Of a DNA stretch of 50,912 nucleotides, positions 8,057 to 16,915 are shown one piece after another. The DNA comes from Patescibacteria group bacterium. Its GTDB lineage: Bacteria > Patescibacteriota > Minisyncoccia > Phycocordibacterales > 21-14-all-36-13. Under the pieces are notes generated by a model. The model had not been told where the DNA came from and ran no database searches. It worked only from the letters and a program-made list of their open reading frames with translations. The translations under genes and the position numbers were made by a program. Position 1 is the first letter of the stretch, and every line of letters starts with the position of its first letter. The stretch covers positions 18,714 through 69,625 of the forward strand of contig JBBTPZ010000002.1 in NCBI GenBank assembly GCA_038065915.1, in the 5' to 3' direction.

Positions 8057-9109
8057 CTACTTTAGTAGTGCAATAATAACTCCAACAAATGCAAATACAA
8101 CACTTATTACCCAATAACGCATTGTGACTTTATATCCCGGCCATCCTTTTGCTTCAAAATGATGATGTATTGGTGCTACAAGAAAAATTTTTTTCCCTCG
8201 CAATTTTTTAGACAAAATCTGAATAATATCGGAAAGTGTTGTTATGACTAAAGGAAAAGCAATGATTGGTAAAACAAGAACTTCTTTTGTTAAAAATGCA
8301 ACAACGGCCAAAGTCATTGTTAGTGCCATACTTCCTGTCTCTGACATATAAAATCTTGCTGGTGGAATATTAAACCACAGAAATGCAAGCAGACCACCAA
8401 CTATAACAAAACTAAAAGTCGCTAAATCAACTTGGTTTTGAACAAATGCTATTACTCCGTATGCTGAAAATGCGGAAGAAAAAACTCCACCGGCAAGTCC
8501 GTCAATTCCATCGATAACACCACCAGAATAAATACCAAGCATAACAATTATAAAAAATGGTATAAATAATAATCCTATATCAAGATCTCCAACCAAAGGT
8601 ATGGCGACAGATGTCATTTCAAGTTTTGAGTAAAACCACCAAGCACCTATCAGAGATACAACAAAAACAACAAGTAATCTCTTTTTTAAAGATAAACCGC
8701 CGGCGAGATGGTCTTTCTTTCCTTTCACTTCAAAATAGTCATCAATCAAACCTATGACCGCTCCTACCAAGAGAGTAAATAATGGCAACCATGTTTGATT
8801 TCTGCTGAAAAAATCTAATTTAGAAGTTATTTCAAAATTAAAAATATAAGGCAGTATTAAAAATAATAATGTAGTTAAAATTACACTCCCCCAAATTAAT
8901 ATTCCGCCCATTTTAGGTGTCCCGACTTCTTTTCCTTTGTGTAATTTATTAAAAATAGGAGTATCTTTTCCATCCATTCCTACCTTCCCTGATTTTTTTT
9001 TCCACATTTTATGCTTGTATAAATAACTTATCAAAACAGGAGCAAAGCCAATGCCTATCAAGAAAGCAATCGCCGATGGTGTAAATACTTTTATTATGTT
9101 TATTATCAT
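8057..9109 (-). CDS. mraY: phospho-N-acetylmuramoyl-pentapeptide transferase
   Basis: GTPKMGGILIW, DDYFEVKGK and APIHHHFE motifs. Confidence 0.95.
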   Translation of the reverse strand: MIINIIKVFTPSAIAFLIGIGFAPVLISYLYKHKMWKKKSGKVGMDGKDTPIFNKLHKGKEVGTPKMGGILIWGSVILTTLLFLILPYIFNFEITSKLDFFSRNQTWLPLFTLLVGAVIGLIDDYFEVKGKKDHLAGGLSLKKRLLVVFVVSLIGAWWFYSKLEMTSVAIPLVGDLDIGLLFIPFFIIVMLGIYSGGVIDGIDGLAGGVFSSAFSAYGVIAFVQNQVDLATFSFVIVGGLLAFLWFNIPPARFYMSETGSMALTMTLAVVAFLTKEVLVLPIIAFPLVITTLSDIIQILSKKLRGKKIFLVAPIHHHFEAKGWPGYKVTMRYWVISVVFAFVGVIIALLK

Positions 9110-9170
9110 AAAATCATTAAATCACAAAATCACTAAAACAAAAAACAATAGTTTTTACTTTATTTTTTAT

Positions 9171-9198
9171 TTGACATTATTTTTGTATCTGATATAAT
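9171..9198 (+). promoter_or_regulatory. strong promoter TTGACA-N16-(TGa)TATAAT
   Basis: -35 at 9171-9176, extended -10 at 9190-9198. Confidence 0.7.
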
Positions 9199-9204
9199 AT
9201 ATGT

Positions 9205-9343
9205 GGACTTGATTAAACGATGTTTTGTCGCTAGGATTTCTTATTTAATATTCTACAAAAATTTGAATAATAAGAGATCCTGGTTATGTTTATAGAAGCT
9301 ACCCCATTCTAGAAATAGATTGCTAACGGGTAGCTTTTTTTTT
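9205..9343 (+). ncRNA. candidate small RNA 1 (unknown family, ~140 nt)
   Basis: No ORF. Consensus promoter. 13-bp stem 9233-9245/9269-9281 has a U-G pair valid only on the + strand RNA. Terminator stem 9297-9304/9328-9335 plus T9. Confidence 0.55.
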
Positions 9344-9362
9344 ATTTATCCACATTTTCATT

Positions 9363-9389
9363 TTGACAGAACAATTACTACGTTATAAC
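9363..9389 (+). promoter_or_regulatory. promoter TTGACA-N15-TATAAC (alternative -10 TATAAT at 9403-9408)
   Basis: Read directly from the sequence. The spacer is suboptimal, so the TSS is uncertain. Confidence 0.45.
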
Positions 9390-9395
9390 ATAGTT

Positions 9396-9480
9396 AATGT
9401 CATATAATTAGATGTTCTTTATGTTTTCGGACACGCAGTTATTTGATTCTCTAAACTCCCACATGTGTGGGAGTTTTTTA
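9396..9480 (+). ncRNA. candidate small RNA 2 (unknown family, ~85 nt)
   Basis: Only a 25-codon ORF without SD. Terminator AACTCCCACA-TG-TGTGGGAGTT plus T6 at 9454-9479. Confidence 0.45.
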
Positions 9481-9502
9481 TTTAATTGAACATAAAAAAT
9501 AA

Positions 9503-9549
9503 TCATGGATTCAAATACTCCCTTGAAACATTTGAATTTGAATCCATGA
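9503..9549. repeat. family B hairpin lying inside the last 16 codons of the carboxypeptidase CDS
   Basis: Arms TCATGGATTCAAAT (9503-9516) and ATTTGAATCCATGA (9536-9549) encode ..MDSNSNVSREYLNP*. Confidence 0.85.
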
Positions 9550-10480
9550 CAATATCAACCAATTTTTTCATATCCTTAAACCTCCCTTCTTTGGTTGAAC
9601 CAAGAACGGAAATTATTATTGGTCGCATCATTCCATTATCAAAAGCCACTACAAGATTTCCTCCCGCCAAATCCGTATAACCGGTTTTTGAAGCTATCAC
9701 CCAAGGTATCTTATTTATAATTTCGTTAGTATTTTCTGTATTGTGAATTTTATTATCTTCAGATTTTAATTCCAATTTATTGTAGGAAGTAACCTCGAGT
9801 ATTTCTGGTTTATTTCGAACCATATAATCAAAAAGCATAGCAACATCTTGTGCTGAACCATAAGAGCCACTTAAAGATTTTTCATCAATATCTAATCCGG
9901 ACTCATTTAAAAAGTATGTCTGTTTCAGATTTAATTCTTTGGCTTTTTTATTCATTTTTTTAACAAACGACATTTCTTCCACACCGTTTTTATTTTTTGT
10001 GAACGATTGAACCGCAGAAGCAACTGCGCTTGCACCATCGTTTGACGAAGAAATAAGTGTAAAATCTATTAAATCTTTTAAATTCCATTTCTCGTTTTTT
10101 ATAAGTCCACCATTCCCATTTTTTTCATCAATATTTACTATTATATTTTTATTTTCATATTCACTAGCAATTAATGCTGTCATAATTTTTGAAAGAGATG
10201 CAAGTGGTAATTGTGCTTCTTTGTTTTGTGAAAAAATTTCTTTTTGGTTATAAACATCCCAAATAAACACGGCTTGCGCTTCAAGTCGTGCGTCTTTTAT
10301 TTTTTGAGCTATATTGTTAACAATATCTGTTTTTTGTATAGAAATTTCCGACTCGCTTTCTTTTTTTTCTGGGAAAGATATGTAAACAATTGAAAAAAAT
10401 AATAATACTATTGCAATAGAAAAAATAAATTTAATTAATCCTTCCTCTGGTTTTATTGTATTTTCTTCCATTTCGTCCAT
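9503..10480 (-). CDS. serine-type D-Ala-D-Ala carboxypeptidase (PBP5/S11-like)
   Basis: SLSK (SxxK), SSND (SxN) and KTGYT (KTG) motifs; N-terminal TM anchor. Confidence 0.9.
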   Translation of the reverse strand: MDEMEENTIKPEEGLIKFIFSIAIVLLFFSIVYISFPEKKESESEISIQKTDIVNNIAQKIKDARLEAQAVFIWDVYNQKEIFSQNKEAQLPLASLSKIMTALIASEYENKNIIVNIDEKNGNGGLIKNEKWNLKDLIDFTLISSSNDGASAVASAVQSFTKNKNGVEEMSFVKKMNKKAKELNLKQTYFLNESGLDIDEKSLSGSYGSAQDVAMLFDYMVRNKPEILEVTSYNKLELKSEDNKIHNTENTNEIINKIPWVIASKTGYTDLAGGNLVVAFDNGMMRPIIISVLGSTKEGRFKDMKKLVDIVMDSNSNVSREYLNP

Positions 10481-10486
10481 GATTAG

Positions 10487-10534
10487 TTTACCCCGTGGAA
10501 TAAAATTCTAAAGAATTTTATTCCACGGGGTAAA
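10487..10534. repeat. perfect 22-bp-stem hairpin with a 4-nt loop
   Basis: TTTACCCCGTGGAATAAAATTC-TAAA-GAATTTTATTCCACGGGGTAAA, 6 nt upstream of the carboxypeptidase start. Confidence 0.9.
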
Positions 10535-10575
10535 TATTAACATCTTTACTCTATATTTTCAAAATCTACCTTATT

Positions 10576-10677
10576 TGCCCCGTTAGAAATTCGGATGCTT
10601 TTAACGAACATTCTAATCCATAATTTTTTTTGTTTGATTTTTAAAGTTATTCGCCCTTAACGAACTTCTAATGGGGT
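10576..10677. repeat. long-range inverted repeat plus direct repeat TTAACGAAC(A)TTCTAAT x2
   Basis: CCCCGTTAGAAATTCG pairs with CGAACTTCTAATGGGG. The right arm abuts the scpB stop. Confidence 0.7.
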
Positions 10678-11234
10678 CATTCATCTATCTCTTCATCTCC
10701 CGTGGTTTTAAATGTCTTTTCAAACTCGTTGATACTTTCTTTTATTTTTCCGTATTCAGGCAACTCTTTTACATTTTCAATTCCAAGATATGCGATTAAA
10801 TCAATCGTTGGACTATATAAATAAGTTCTTTTGTTTTCTTGGCTTTCGGTTCTTTTTACAAGACCACGAACGAGCAAGCTTCTTAATATTGTTACTGAAT
10901 TTACTCCTCTTATATAATCAATGTCTGGTTTTGAAATTGGTCCTTTATATAAAACTATTGTTAGTGTTTCCAAACTTGCCTTACCTAAATTTTTTGATAG
11001 TTCTTCCTTTCTTAATTCTTCTATTAAAGAAGATGTCTCTGGCGTTGTCCCTAACATTACATCATTATCTGTTGAAATAAGTTTTAATCCCCTATCCTTG
11101 AGTTTTTCTTCAAGAATTTTTAATGATTTATTTATTTCCCAAACACTCACATCAAAAATATTCGCCAGTTCTTTTATTGAAACCGGTTCACCTTTGTAAA
11201 AAAGTATTGATTCTATTTTTGCATCTAAGTTCAT
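10677..11234 (-). CDS. scpB: segregation and condensation protein B
   Basis: IESILFYKGEPVSIKEL N-terminus; follows scpA. Confidence 0.9.
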   Translation of the reverse strand: MNLDAKIESILFYKGEPVSIKELANIFDVSVWEINKSLKILEEKLKDRGLKLISTDNDVMLGTTPETSSLIEELRKEELSKNLGKASLETLTIVLYKGPISKPDIDYIRGVNSVTILRSLLVRGLVKRTESQENKRTYLYSPTIDLIAYLGIENVKELPEYGKIKESINEFEKTFKTTGDEEIDE

Positions 11235-11271
11235 AAAACAAATTTATATTAGCACATTATTTTTTTTAATT

Positions 11272-12027
11272 TTAATACTTCGGTAATGTTGGTTTGTTGC
11301 TCTCTATTTCTATATCTTCAAAATGATTATCTTGTTTTGCTAAAACGATTCCTTGTTTAACAAGTTCAAGTAAGGCGAGAAAACTTACGATAACATTAAC
11401 TTTTTCTGCCTTACTTTTATTTGAAAATTCATTAAAACTTAATCTAAAACTACTTTGTATTCTCTCACTTAAATTATTTATAATTTCTTCCAACTTAATT
11501 ACCTTCTTTATTTTTGTTGATTCTACTTTTTCTTTTTTAGGCAATCTCTCAACAAGTTTTTTTATTGATGATACTAAATTATCAATAGTTATGTCTTCAC
11601 TTGGAGAAAAAACCGGTTCTATTTGTTTTATATATTCCCTTTCATATATTTTATTTCCAATTGCAAGTTTAGAAATATGCTGACTTAGGTTTTTAATTTC
11701 TTGGTAGAGTTTCAATCTCGTTTCCAGATATTCAATATTTAATTCCTCTTCATCTGTTAGGTCTAAGTTTGGCAGTAATGATTTTGATTTTATTAAAAGC
11801 AAGGTTGAAGCTATAAGCAAAAAATCTGCTACATTTGGAACATCAAAATTTTCTAATTTATTTACGAAAGAAATATAGTCGTCTGTTACTTGTGCAAGAG
11901 AAATGTCGTTTACGAACAATTTTCGTTTTTCTATAAGCTCTAAAAGTAAGTCTAAGGGTCCTTCAAAAACATTCGTTTTGGCTACGAATGTTTTTGATAA
12001 AATCTGGTTATTTATTTCTTCCGTCAT
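11272..12027 (-). CDS. scpA: segregation and condensation protein A (kleisin)
   Basis: FEGPLDLLLELIEKRKL motif; 251 aa. Confidence 0.9.
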   Translation of the reverse strand: MTEEINNQILSKTFVAKTNVFEGPLDLLLELIEKRKLFVNDISLAQVTDDYISFVNKLENFDVPNVADFLLIASTLLLIKSKSLLPNLDLTDEEELNIEYLETRLKLYQEIKNLSQHISKLAIGNKIYEREYIKQIEPVFSPSEDITIDNLVSSIKKLVERLPKKEKVESTKIKKVIKLEEIINNLSERIQSSFRLSFNEFSNKSKAEKVNVIVSFLALLELVKQGIVLAKQDNHFEDIEIESNKPTLPKY

Positions 12028-12111
12028 TGACTTTTAATTGAGGTTATTATATACTTCTGGACAGAATAATCTTTTCAATTAAATATATTTTAACATAATT
12101 TTGGAGGATTT

Positions 12112-12279
12112 ATGTCTTCAGCGGATGTAGAAAAACTATTTCGAAGAAAACAAGAATTAACGAAAGAAAATGAGGAACTGAAAGAACAAATTTCTAAATT
12201 AAAACAAGAAAATCAAGAGTTAAAAAACGAAAATGAAAATCTCAAAATAACTCTTATGGGATTAGGCCCTGCTGTCTAA
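12112..12279 (+). CDS. 55-aa coiled-coil protein (below the ORF-track cutoff)
   Basis: GGAGGA SD 3 nt before the ATG. MSSADVEKLFRRKQELTKENEELKEQISKLKQENQELKNENENLKITLMGLGPAV. Terminator follows. Confidence 0.55.
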   Translation: MSSADVEKLFRRKQELTKENEELKEQISKLKQENQELKNENENLKITLMGLGPAV

Positions 12280-12283
12280 CACA

Positions 12284-12326
12284 AACCACAACATTTTAAT
12301 TAAAAAATGTTGTGGTTATTTTTTTT
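12284..12326. terminator. intrinsic terminator between convergent genes
   Basis: AACCACAACATTTT-AAT-TAAAAAATGTTGTGGTT plus T8. Confidence 0.75.
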
Positions 12327-12334
12327 CTGCGTAA

Positions 12335-12381
12335 GTCCGCATTTAGTCCGCGTTTAGCCCGCGTTTTTAGTTCGCGTTTTC
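12335..12381. repeat. four tandem 11-13 nt units AG(T/C)(C/T)CGC(A/G)TTT
   Basis: Units start at 12335, 12346, 12357 and 12370. The last two encode the aspS tail ..TRTKNAG* and its stop codon. Confidence 0.8.
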
Positions 12382-13778
12382 TTGATTTCTATCCCGAGCT
12401 CTTTTAATTGTTCATTTGAAACTTCTGAAGGAGCATTCATAAGTAAATCCCTACCGTCCCCTGTTTTTGGAAATGCTATAACTTCACGAATACTTGGTTC
12501 ATTTTGAAGCAACATAACAATTCGGTCTATTCCCCACGCGATTCCTCCGTGTGGAGGAGTACCAGAAAAAAATGCCTTCATCATATGCCCAAAATTTTTT
12601 TCAATGTCTTCCTCTTTATATCCCATAATTTCAAAAACCCTTTTTAATGCTTCCGGTCTGTGATTTCTTATACTTCCCCCACCTATTTCATATCCGTTCA
12701 AAACAATGTCATACTGGTCTGTTAAAATTTTTCCAATATTCTTTTTGCTAAGTAAATCGTCATAAAATTCTTTTTTAGGTGCTGAAAAGGGATTGTGTGT
12801 GAATGTCCAACCAGTTTGGGTATTTTCTCCGCCTGTGGCGGAAAAAAAAGGAAAGTCAACAATCCAACAAAACGCCAAAAGATCTGAATCGTTCCGGTCT
12901 TTTCTTAAATCAGGATTATCTCTTTTATATTTTTCCATCGCTTCTTTGTATGTAAGTCGTGGAAATGGAATTTCTTGTATTTTCTTTTCTGGGTAATTTT
13001 TTTGAATAATTTCAACGAGAGCTTTTTCATTCAATTGCATAACATCTTCTCTTTCAACAAAGCTCATTTCCAAATCCATTTGTGTAAATTCTGGTTGTCT
13101 GTCTCCTCTGCTATCTTCGTCTCTCATACATCTCGCAATTTGAAAATATTTTTCCATTCCTGAAGCCATCAAAAGTTGTTTGTATTGTTGTGGCGCTTGT
13201 GGTAAAGCATAAAATTTTCCATTTTGAACTCTTGAAGGCACAATAAAGTCGCGCGCTCCTTCCGGCGTTGATTTTGTTAAAATAGGTGTCTCAATTTCTA
13301 TAAATCCTTCTTTATCAAAAAAATCTCTTATTGATTTAACTAAATTGTGTCTATTTCTTATGTTTTTTTGCATTCTGTTTCGTCTCAAATCTAAATATCT
13401 ATATTTCATTCTTGTTTCTTCATTAACATCTTTTCCATCAGAACTTGTTTCAAAAGCAGGAGTTTCGGCTTCGTTTAAAACTTTAATTTCTTTGATTTCA
13501 ATTTCCACATCTCCGTTTTCTTGGTCTTTATTTATCATTTTTTCTGGTCTTTTGTTTACTATACCAAAAATTTCAACAACCCATTCGGTTCTTAGTGTCT
13601 CGGCTATTTTGTATGCTTCTTCGTGATTTGATAACGCGACCATTTGAACAATACCTGTCATGTCTCTCAAATCAATAAAAATAAGTTTTCCATGGTCGCG
13701 ACGAATATTAATCCAACCAGAAATTTTAACTTCCGAGCCAATATGTTTTTTTAGTTCTTTTATGTATATTCTGTTCAT
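12354..13778 (-). CDS. aspS: aspartyl-tRNA synthetase, bacterial type lacking the GAD insertion domain
   Basis: FYALPQAPQQYKQLLM and FQIARCMRDEDSRGDRQPEFTQMDLEMSF. NPDLRK runs almost directly into WIVDFPFF. Confidence 0.95.
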   Translation of the reverse strand: MNRIYIKELKKHIGSEVKISGWINIRRDHGKLIFIDLRDMTGIVQMVALSNHEEAYKIAETLRTEWVVEIFGIVNKRPEKMINKDQENGDVEIEIKEIKVLNEAETPAFETSSDGKDVNEETRMKYRYLDLRRNRMQKNIRNRHNLVKSIRDFFDKEGFIEIETPILTKSTPEGARDFIVPSRVQNGKFYALPQAPQQYKQLLMASGMEKYFQIARCMRDEDSRGDRQPEFTQMDLEMSFVEREDVMQLNEKALVEIIQKNYPEKKIQEIPFPRLTYKEAMEKYKRDNPDLRKDRNDSDLLAFCWIVDFPFFSATGGENTQTGWTFTHNPFSAPKKEFYDDLLSKKNIGKILTDQYDIVLNGYEIGGGSIRNHRPEALKRVFEIMGYKEEDIEKNFGHMMKAFFSGTPPHGGIAWGIDRIVMLLQNEPSIREVIAFPKTGDGRDLLMNAPSEVSNEQLKELGIEIKKTRTKNAG

Positions 13779-13805
13779 AAATTTTTTGGAAAAATTTATT
13801 AAATT

Positions 13806-13905
13806 TCTAATTACTAATTTCTAATATCTAATGAAATGTTTGAATTCTTAATTTAACATTAAAAATTTCATTAGAAATTGATAATTTGACATTAGTAATT
13901 TCAAA
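13806..13905. repeat. imperfect long AT-rich palindrome (CTAATGAAAT..ATTTCATTAG core)
   Basis: Fills the aspS-trpS spacer. Confidence 0.6.
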
Positions 13906-13917
13906 ATTGGTTTGTAA

Positions 13918-14910
13918 TTATTTTAAATTCAAACCAATTTTGGTTCTAACTTCCTCCATTTTTTTTGCAATTCTTTTTTCTGCTTTTTTCCCGCCTTTTT
14001 CAAGCACATCCAAAACATATTCCTTATCTTTTTGTATCATTTCTCTTCTTTCTCTCATTGGTTTTATAAAATCGGTTACATTTTTTAATAAAATTTCTTT
14101 TGATTCTTTATATCCAATTTTCCCATTCGCATATCTTTTACTTAATTCTCTTAATTCTTCGTCAGAACTGAAAAGTTTATGTAAATTAAATATATTACAT
14201 TTATCAGGGTCTTTTTTATCTTTCACATCTTTTGAATCCGTTATTATTCCTATTATTGCCTTCTTTAGTTCTTCGTCGGAAGCAAACAATTCTATTGTAT
14301 TTTTATAACTCTTGCTCATTTTTTGACCATCCGTTCCAATAATTGTTCCAACATTTTTAAATATCATCGGTTCAGGTAATTTAAATGTTTCTCCAAAAAT
14401 ATTATTAAATTTTTGAGCAATATCACGAGCAATTTCAACATGTTGTTTTTGGTCATCTCCAACGGGAACAACATCTGCTGATGGAAGTAAAATATCTGCA
14501 GCCATAAGAACTGGATAATCAAATAGACCAACATTTATTTCTTTATTTTTTGCCTCAGCATCTTTAAATGCGTGTGCTCTCATTAAAAAAGGCATTGTAG
14601 TTATACAATTAAATATCCATGCCATTTCGGAAACCTGTGGCACATCTGATTGTTTATATAAAGTTACATTTTCTGGGTTGAGTCCAATGGCTAAATAATC
14701 AACAGCGATATCATATATATAATTGCTCATTTGTTTTTTATTTTGAACGGTTGTGAGTGCATGTAAATCAGCAATAAAAATATATGAGTCATATTCATTT
14801 TGAAGTGCCACAAACTGCTTCATCGCACCAAAATAATTACCAAGATGTGGACGTCCAGATGGTTTAACCCCGGAGAGTAGTATCTTTTTTTGATATTTTT
14901 CTATATTCAT
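13918..14910 (-). CDS. trpS: tryptophanyl-tRNA synthetase
   Basis: SGVKPSGRPHLGNYFGA (HIGH-like) and KMSKS; 330 aa. Confidence 0.95.
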   Translation of the reverse strand: MNIEKYQKKILLSGVKPSGRPHLGNYFGAMKQFVALQNEYDSYIFIADLHALTTVQNKKQMSNYIYDIAVDYLAIGLNPENVTLYKQSDVPQVSEMAWIFNCITTMPFLMRAHAFKDAEAKNKEINVGLFDYPVLMAADILLPSADVVPVGDDQKQHVEIARDIAQKFNNIFGETFKLPEPMIFKNVGTIIGTDGQKMSKSYKNTIELFASDEELKKAIIGIITDSKDVKDKKDPDKCNIFNLHKLFSSDEELRELSKRYANGKIGYKESKEILLKNVTDFIKPMRERREMIQKDKEYVLDVLEKGGKKAEKRIAKKMEEVRTKIGLNLK

Positions 14911-14937
14911 GTTTGTCTTTATTCTTTTAACTTAATT

Positions 14938-15028
14938 AAAAATGTAAATCTCAAAGTTGAAAATGACAATTCAAAATGTCAAAATCATTTTATAATTTTA
15001 CATTGTCATTTTTCATTTTGATTTTTTA
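14938..15028. repeat. family D-related palindromic repeat (AAATCTCAAAG..TTTACA words)
   Basis: Shares the word set with 33443-33592 and 47645-47700. Confidence 0.6.
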
Positions 15029-15050
15029 ACTTTACACTATTTATAACAAA

Positions 15051-16358
15051 CTATTTTGAAAACTTATCATTAAAATAATCTATCAGCTTGGTCATTTCTA
15101 TTCTATCCTGCTCCATACTATCTCTTTCTCTAATTGTTACCATTTTGTCATTCAATGATTCAAAATCTACGGTAACACAATATGGAGTTCCTGTTTCGTC
15201 TTGTCTTCTATATCTTTTTCCTATTGACTGTGTCTCATCATAAATACATACCCATTTTGTTTTTAATTCATTTAATATTTTTTTTGAAATTTTTTGTAAG
15301 TCACTTTTTTTTGATAAAGGTAGAATTGCTATTTTAAACGGAGCGAGAGATGGTTTTATTTTTAACAACACCCTGGTCTCACCATTAACTTCTTCTTCTG
15401 TGTATGAATCACAAAGAATTGCGAGAACCGTTCTATCAATTCCCAAACTTGGTTCTATAACATGCGGTGTGTACCTTTCATTATTTTCTTGGTCGTAATA
15501 TTCAAGCGGAACATTACTTCCTGTTGTGTGACTTTTTAAATCAAAATCTGTTCTGTAAGCCAAACCATACAATTCATTTTTCCCAAAAGGATAATCATAT
15601 TCAAAGTCAACAGTTCTTTTTGAATAATGAGCTAATTTTTCTTTTGGAGTTTCATACTCGTGAATATTTTTTTTATTTAAACCTATTTCGTTTATCCATT
15701 CACGCATTTCTTTGACCCATTCTTCAAAATATTTTTTCCATTCTTTTGGCTTAACAAAATATTCTATTTCCATTTGTTCAAACTCACGAACTCTGAATAT
15801 AAAATCGCGTGGTGCAATTTCATTTCTGAATGCTTTTCCTATTTGTGCTATACCAAAAGGTATTTGTGGATGAAAAGAATCAATTATATTTTTGAAATTA
15901 ACAAAAATACCTTGTGCTGTTTCTGGTCTTAAATATGATATTGAAGATGAATCCTCATTTGCACCGATGTTTGTTTTAAACATCATATTAAATTGTCTCT
16001 CTTCACCAACTTCTCCACCACAATCAGAACATTTATTTTTTTCTAATTGGTCTGCTCTAAATCTTTTTTTGCATTTTTTACATTCAACCAACGGATCGGA
16101 AAAACCATTAACATGCCCACTTGCTTTCCACACCTTCTGATTCATTAAAATAGCTGTATCTAAGCCATAAATATCCCCCCTATTTCGCACAAAACGGCTC
16201 CACCAGAGACCTTTTATGTTGTTTTTGAGTTCTACTCCCAGTGGTCCATAATCCCATGTTCCAGCAAGTCCGCCGTATATTTCTGAGCCCTGATATATAA
16301 AACCCCTTCTCTTTGAAAGAGATATTATTTTGTCCATGTTAGAATCATTTTTCTCCAT
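15051..16358 (-). CDS. glyQS: glycyl-tRNA synthetase (alpha2 type)
   Basis: RGFIYQGSEIYGGLAGTWDYGPLG. The start may instead be the Met at codon 8. Confidence 0.95.
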   Translation of the reverse strand: MEKNDSNMDKIISLSKRRGFIYQGSEIYGGLAGTWDYGPLGVELKNNIKGLWWSRFVRNRGDIYGLDTAILMNQKVWKASGHVNGFSDPLVECKKCKKRFRADQLEKNKCSDCGGEVGEERQFNMMFKTNIGANEDSSSISYLRPETAQGIFVNFKNIIDSFHPQIPFGIAQIGKAFRNEIAPRDFIFRVREFEQMEIEYFVKPKEWKKYFEEWVKEMREWINEIGLNKKNIHEYETPKEKLAHYSKRTVDFEYDYPFGKNELYGLAYRTDFDLKSHTTGSNVPLEYYDQENNERYTPHVIEPSLGIDRTVLAILCDSYTEEEVNGETRVLLKIKPSLAPFKIAILPLSKKSDLQKISKKILNELKTKWVCIYDETQSIGKRYRRQDETGTPYCVTVDFESLNDKMVTIRERDSMEQDRIEMTKLIDYFNDKFSK

Positions 16359-16453
16359 ATAATATTTATATTTTAATTAAAAAACTCATGGTTAATCATA
16401 CTATATTCTTTCTCTTTTTAAAATATGTATAGTTAATAATAAATTTTGTGCCA

Positions 16454-16481
16454 TTGACATTTTTTTAAAAAGGTCTATTAT
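16454..16481 (+). promoter_or_regulatory. promoter TTGACA-N16-TATTAT
   Basis: -35 at 16454-16459, -10 at 16476-16481. Confidence 0.6.
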
Positions 16482-16529
16482 TCATTTCGGACAAGCACAT
16501 GTTTCAAACTAAATTTAATGGAGGAAAAA

Positions 16530-16796
16530 ATGATAACAAAAAATTTAACATTCTCTGACATAAAAATTTTCGGAGAAAAACTTCGAAAAATTCTTTTGGA
16601 ACAATATAATAAAGTTCCAGAAAGAATTTCTAAAATTGGACATGTCTCGCGCGTGAGTTGTATCCGAAGTTTAAAAGCGATGTTGCCAGATTGGGCGGTG
16701 GAAATTGCCGAATTAAGTTTCAAAGACCCAAACAAAAAAATTGATTGGGACCCCGAATTTTTATTAAGTTTGGAATTCTCAAAACCTATTCTCTAG
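16530..16796 (+). CDS. hypothetical 88-aa protein
   Basis: ORF opens at 16518, but GGAGGA sits 4 nt before the ATG at 16530. Own promoter and terminator. Confidence 0.55.
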   Translation: MITKNLTFSDIKIFGEKLRKILLEQYNKVPERISKIGHVSRVSCIRSLKAMLPDWAVEIAELSFKDPNKKIDWDPEFLLSLEFSKPIL

Positions 16797-16819
16797 GAAA
16801 TTTTTCTTTAGGTGCTTTT

Positions 16820-16856
16820 AATCCCTCTCTGCTAGCAGAGAGGGATTTTTTATTTT
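16820..16856 (+). terminator. intrinsic terminator; variant of the family A core (CTCTGCTAGCAGAG)
   Basis: AATCCCTCTCTGCTAGCAGAGAGGGATT plus a T-run. Confidence 0.75.
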
Positions 16857-16915
16857 TTGAAAAAAGTTGAATTAACTATTTGACAAACGCTATATGTCTT
16901 AGCATATACATACTA

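Noticed and set aside
16478-16735. 85-aa minus-strand ORF
   Set aside because: It is antisense to ORF 16530..16796, which has a promoter, an SD and a terminator on the + strand.
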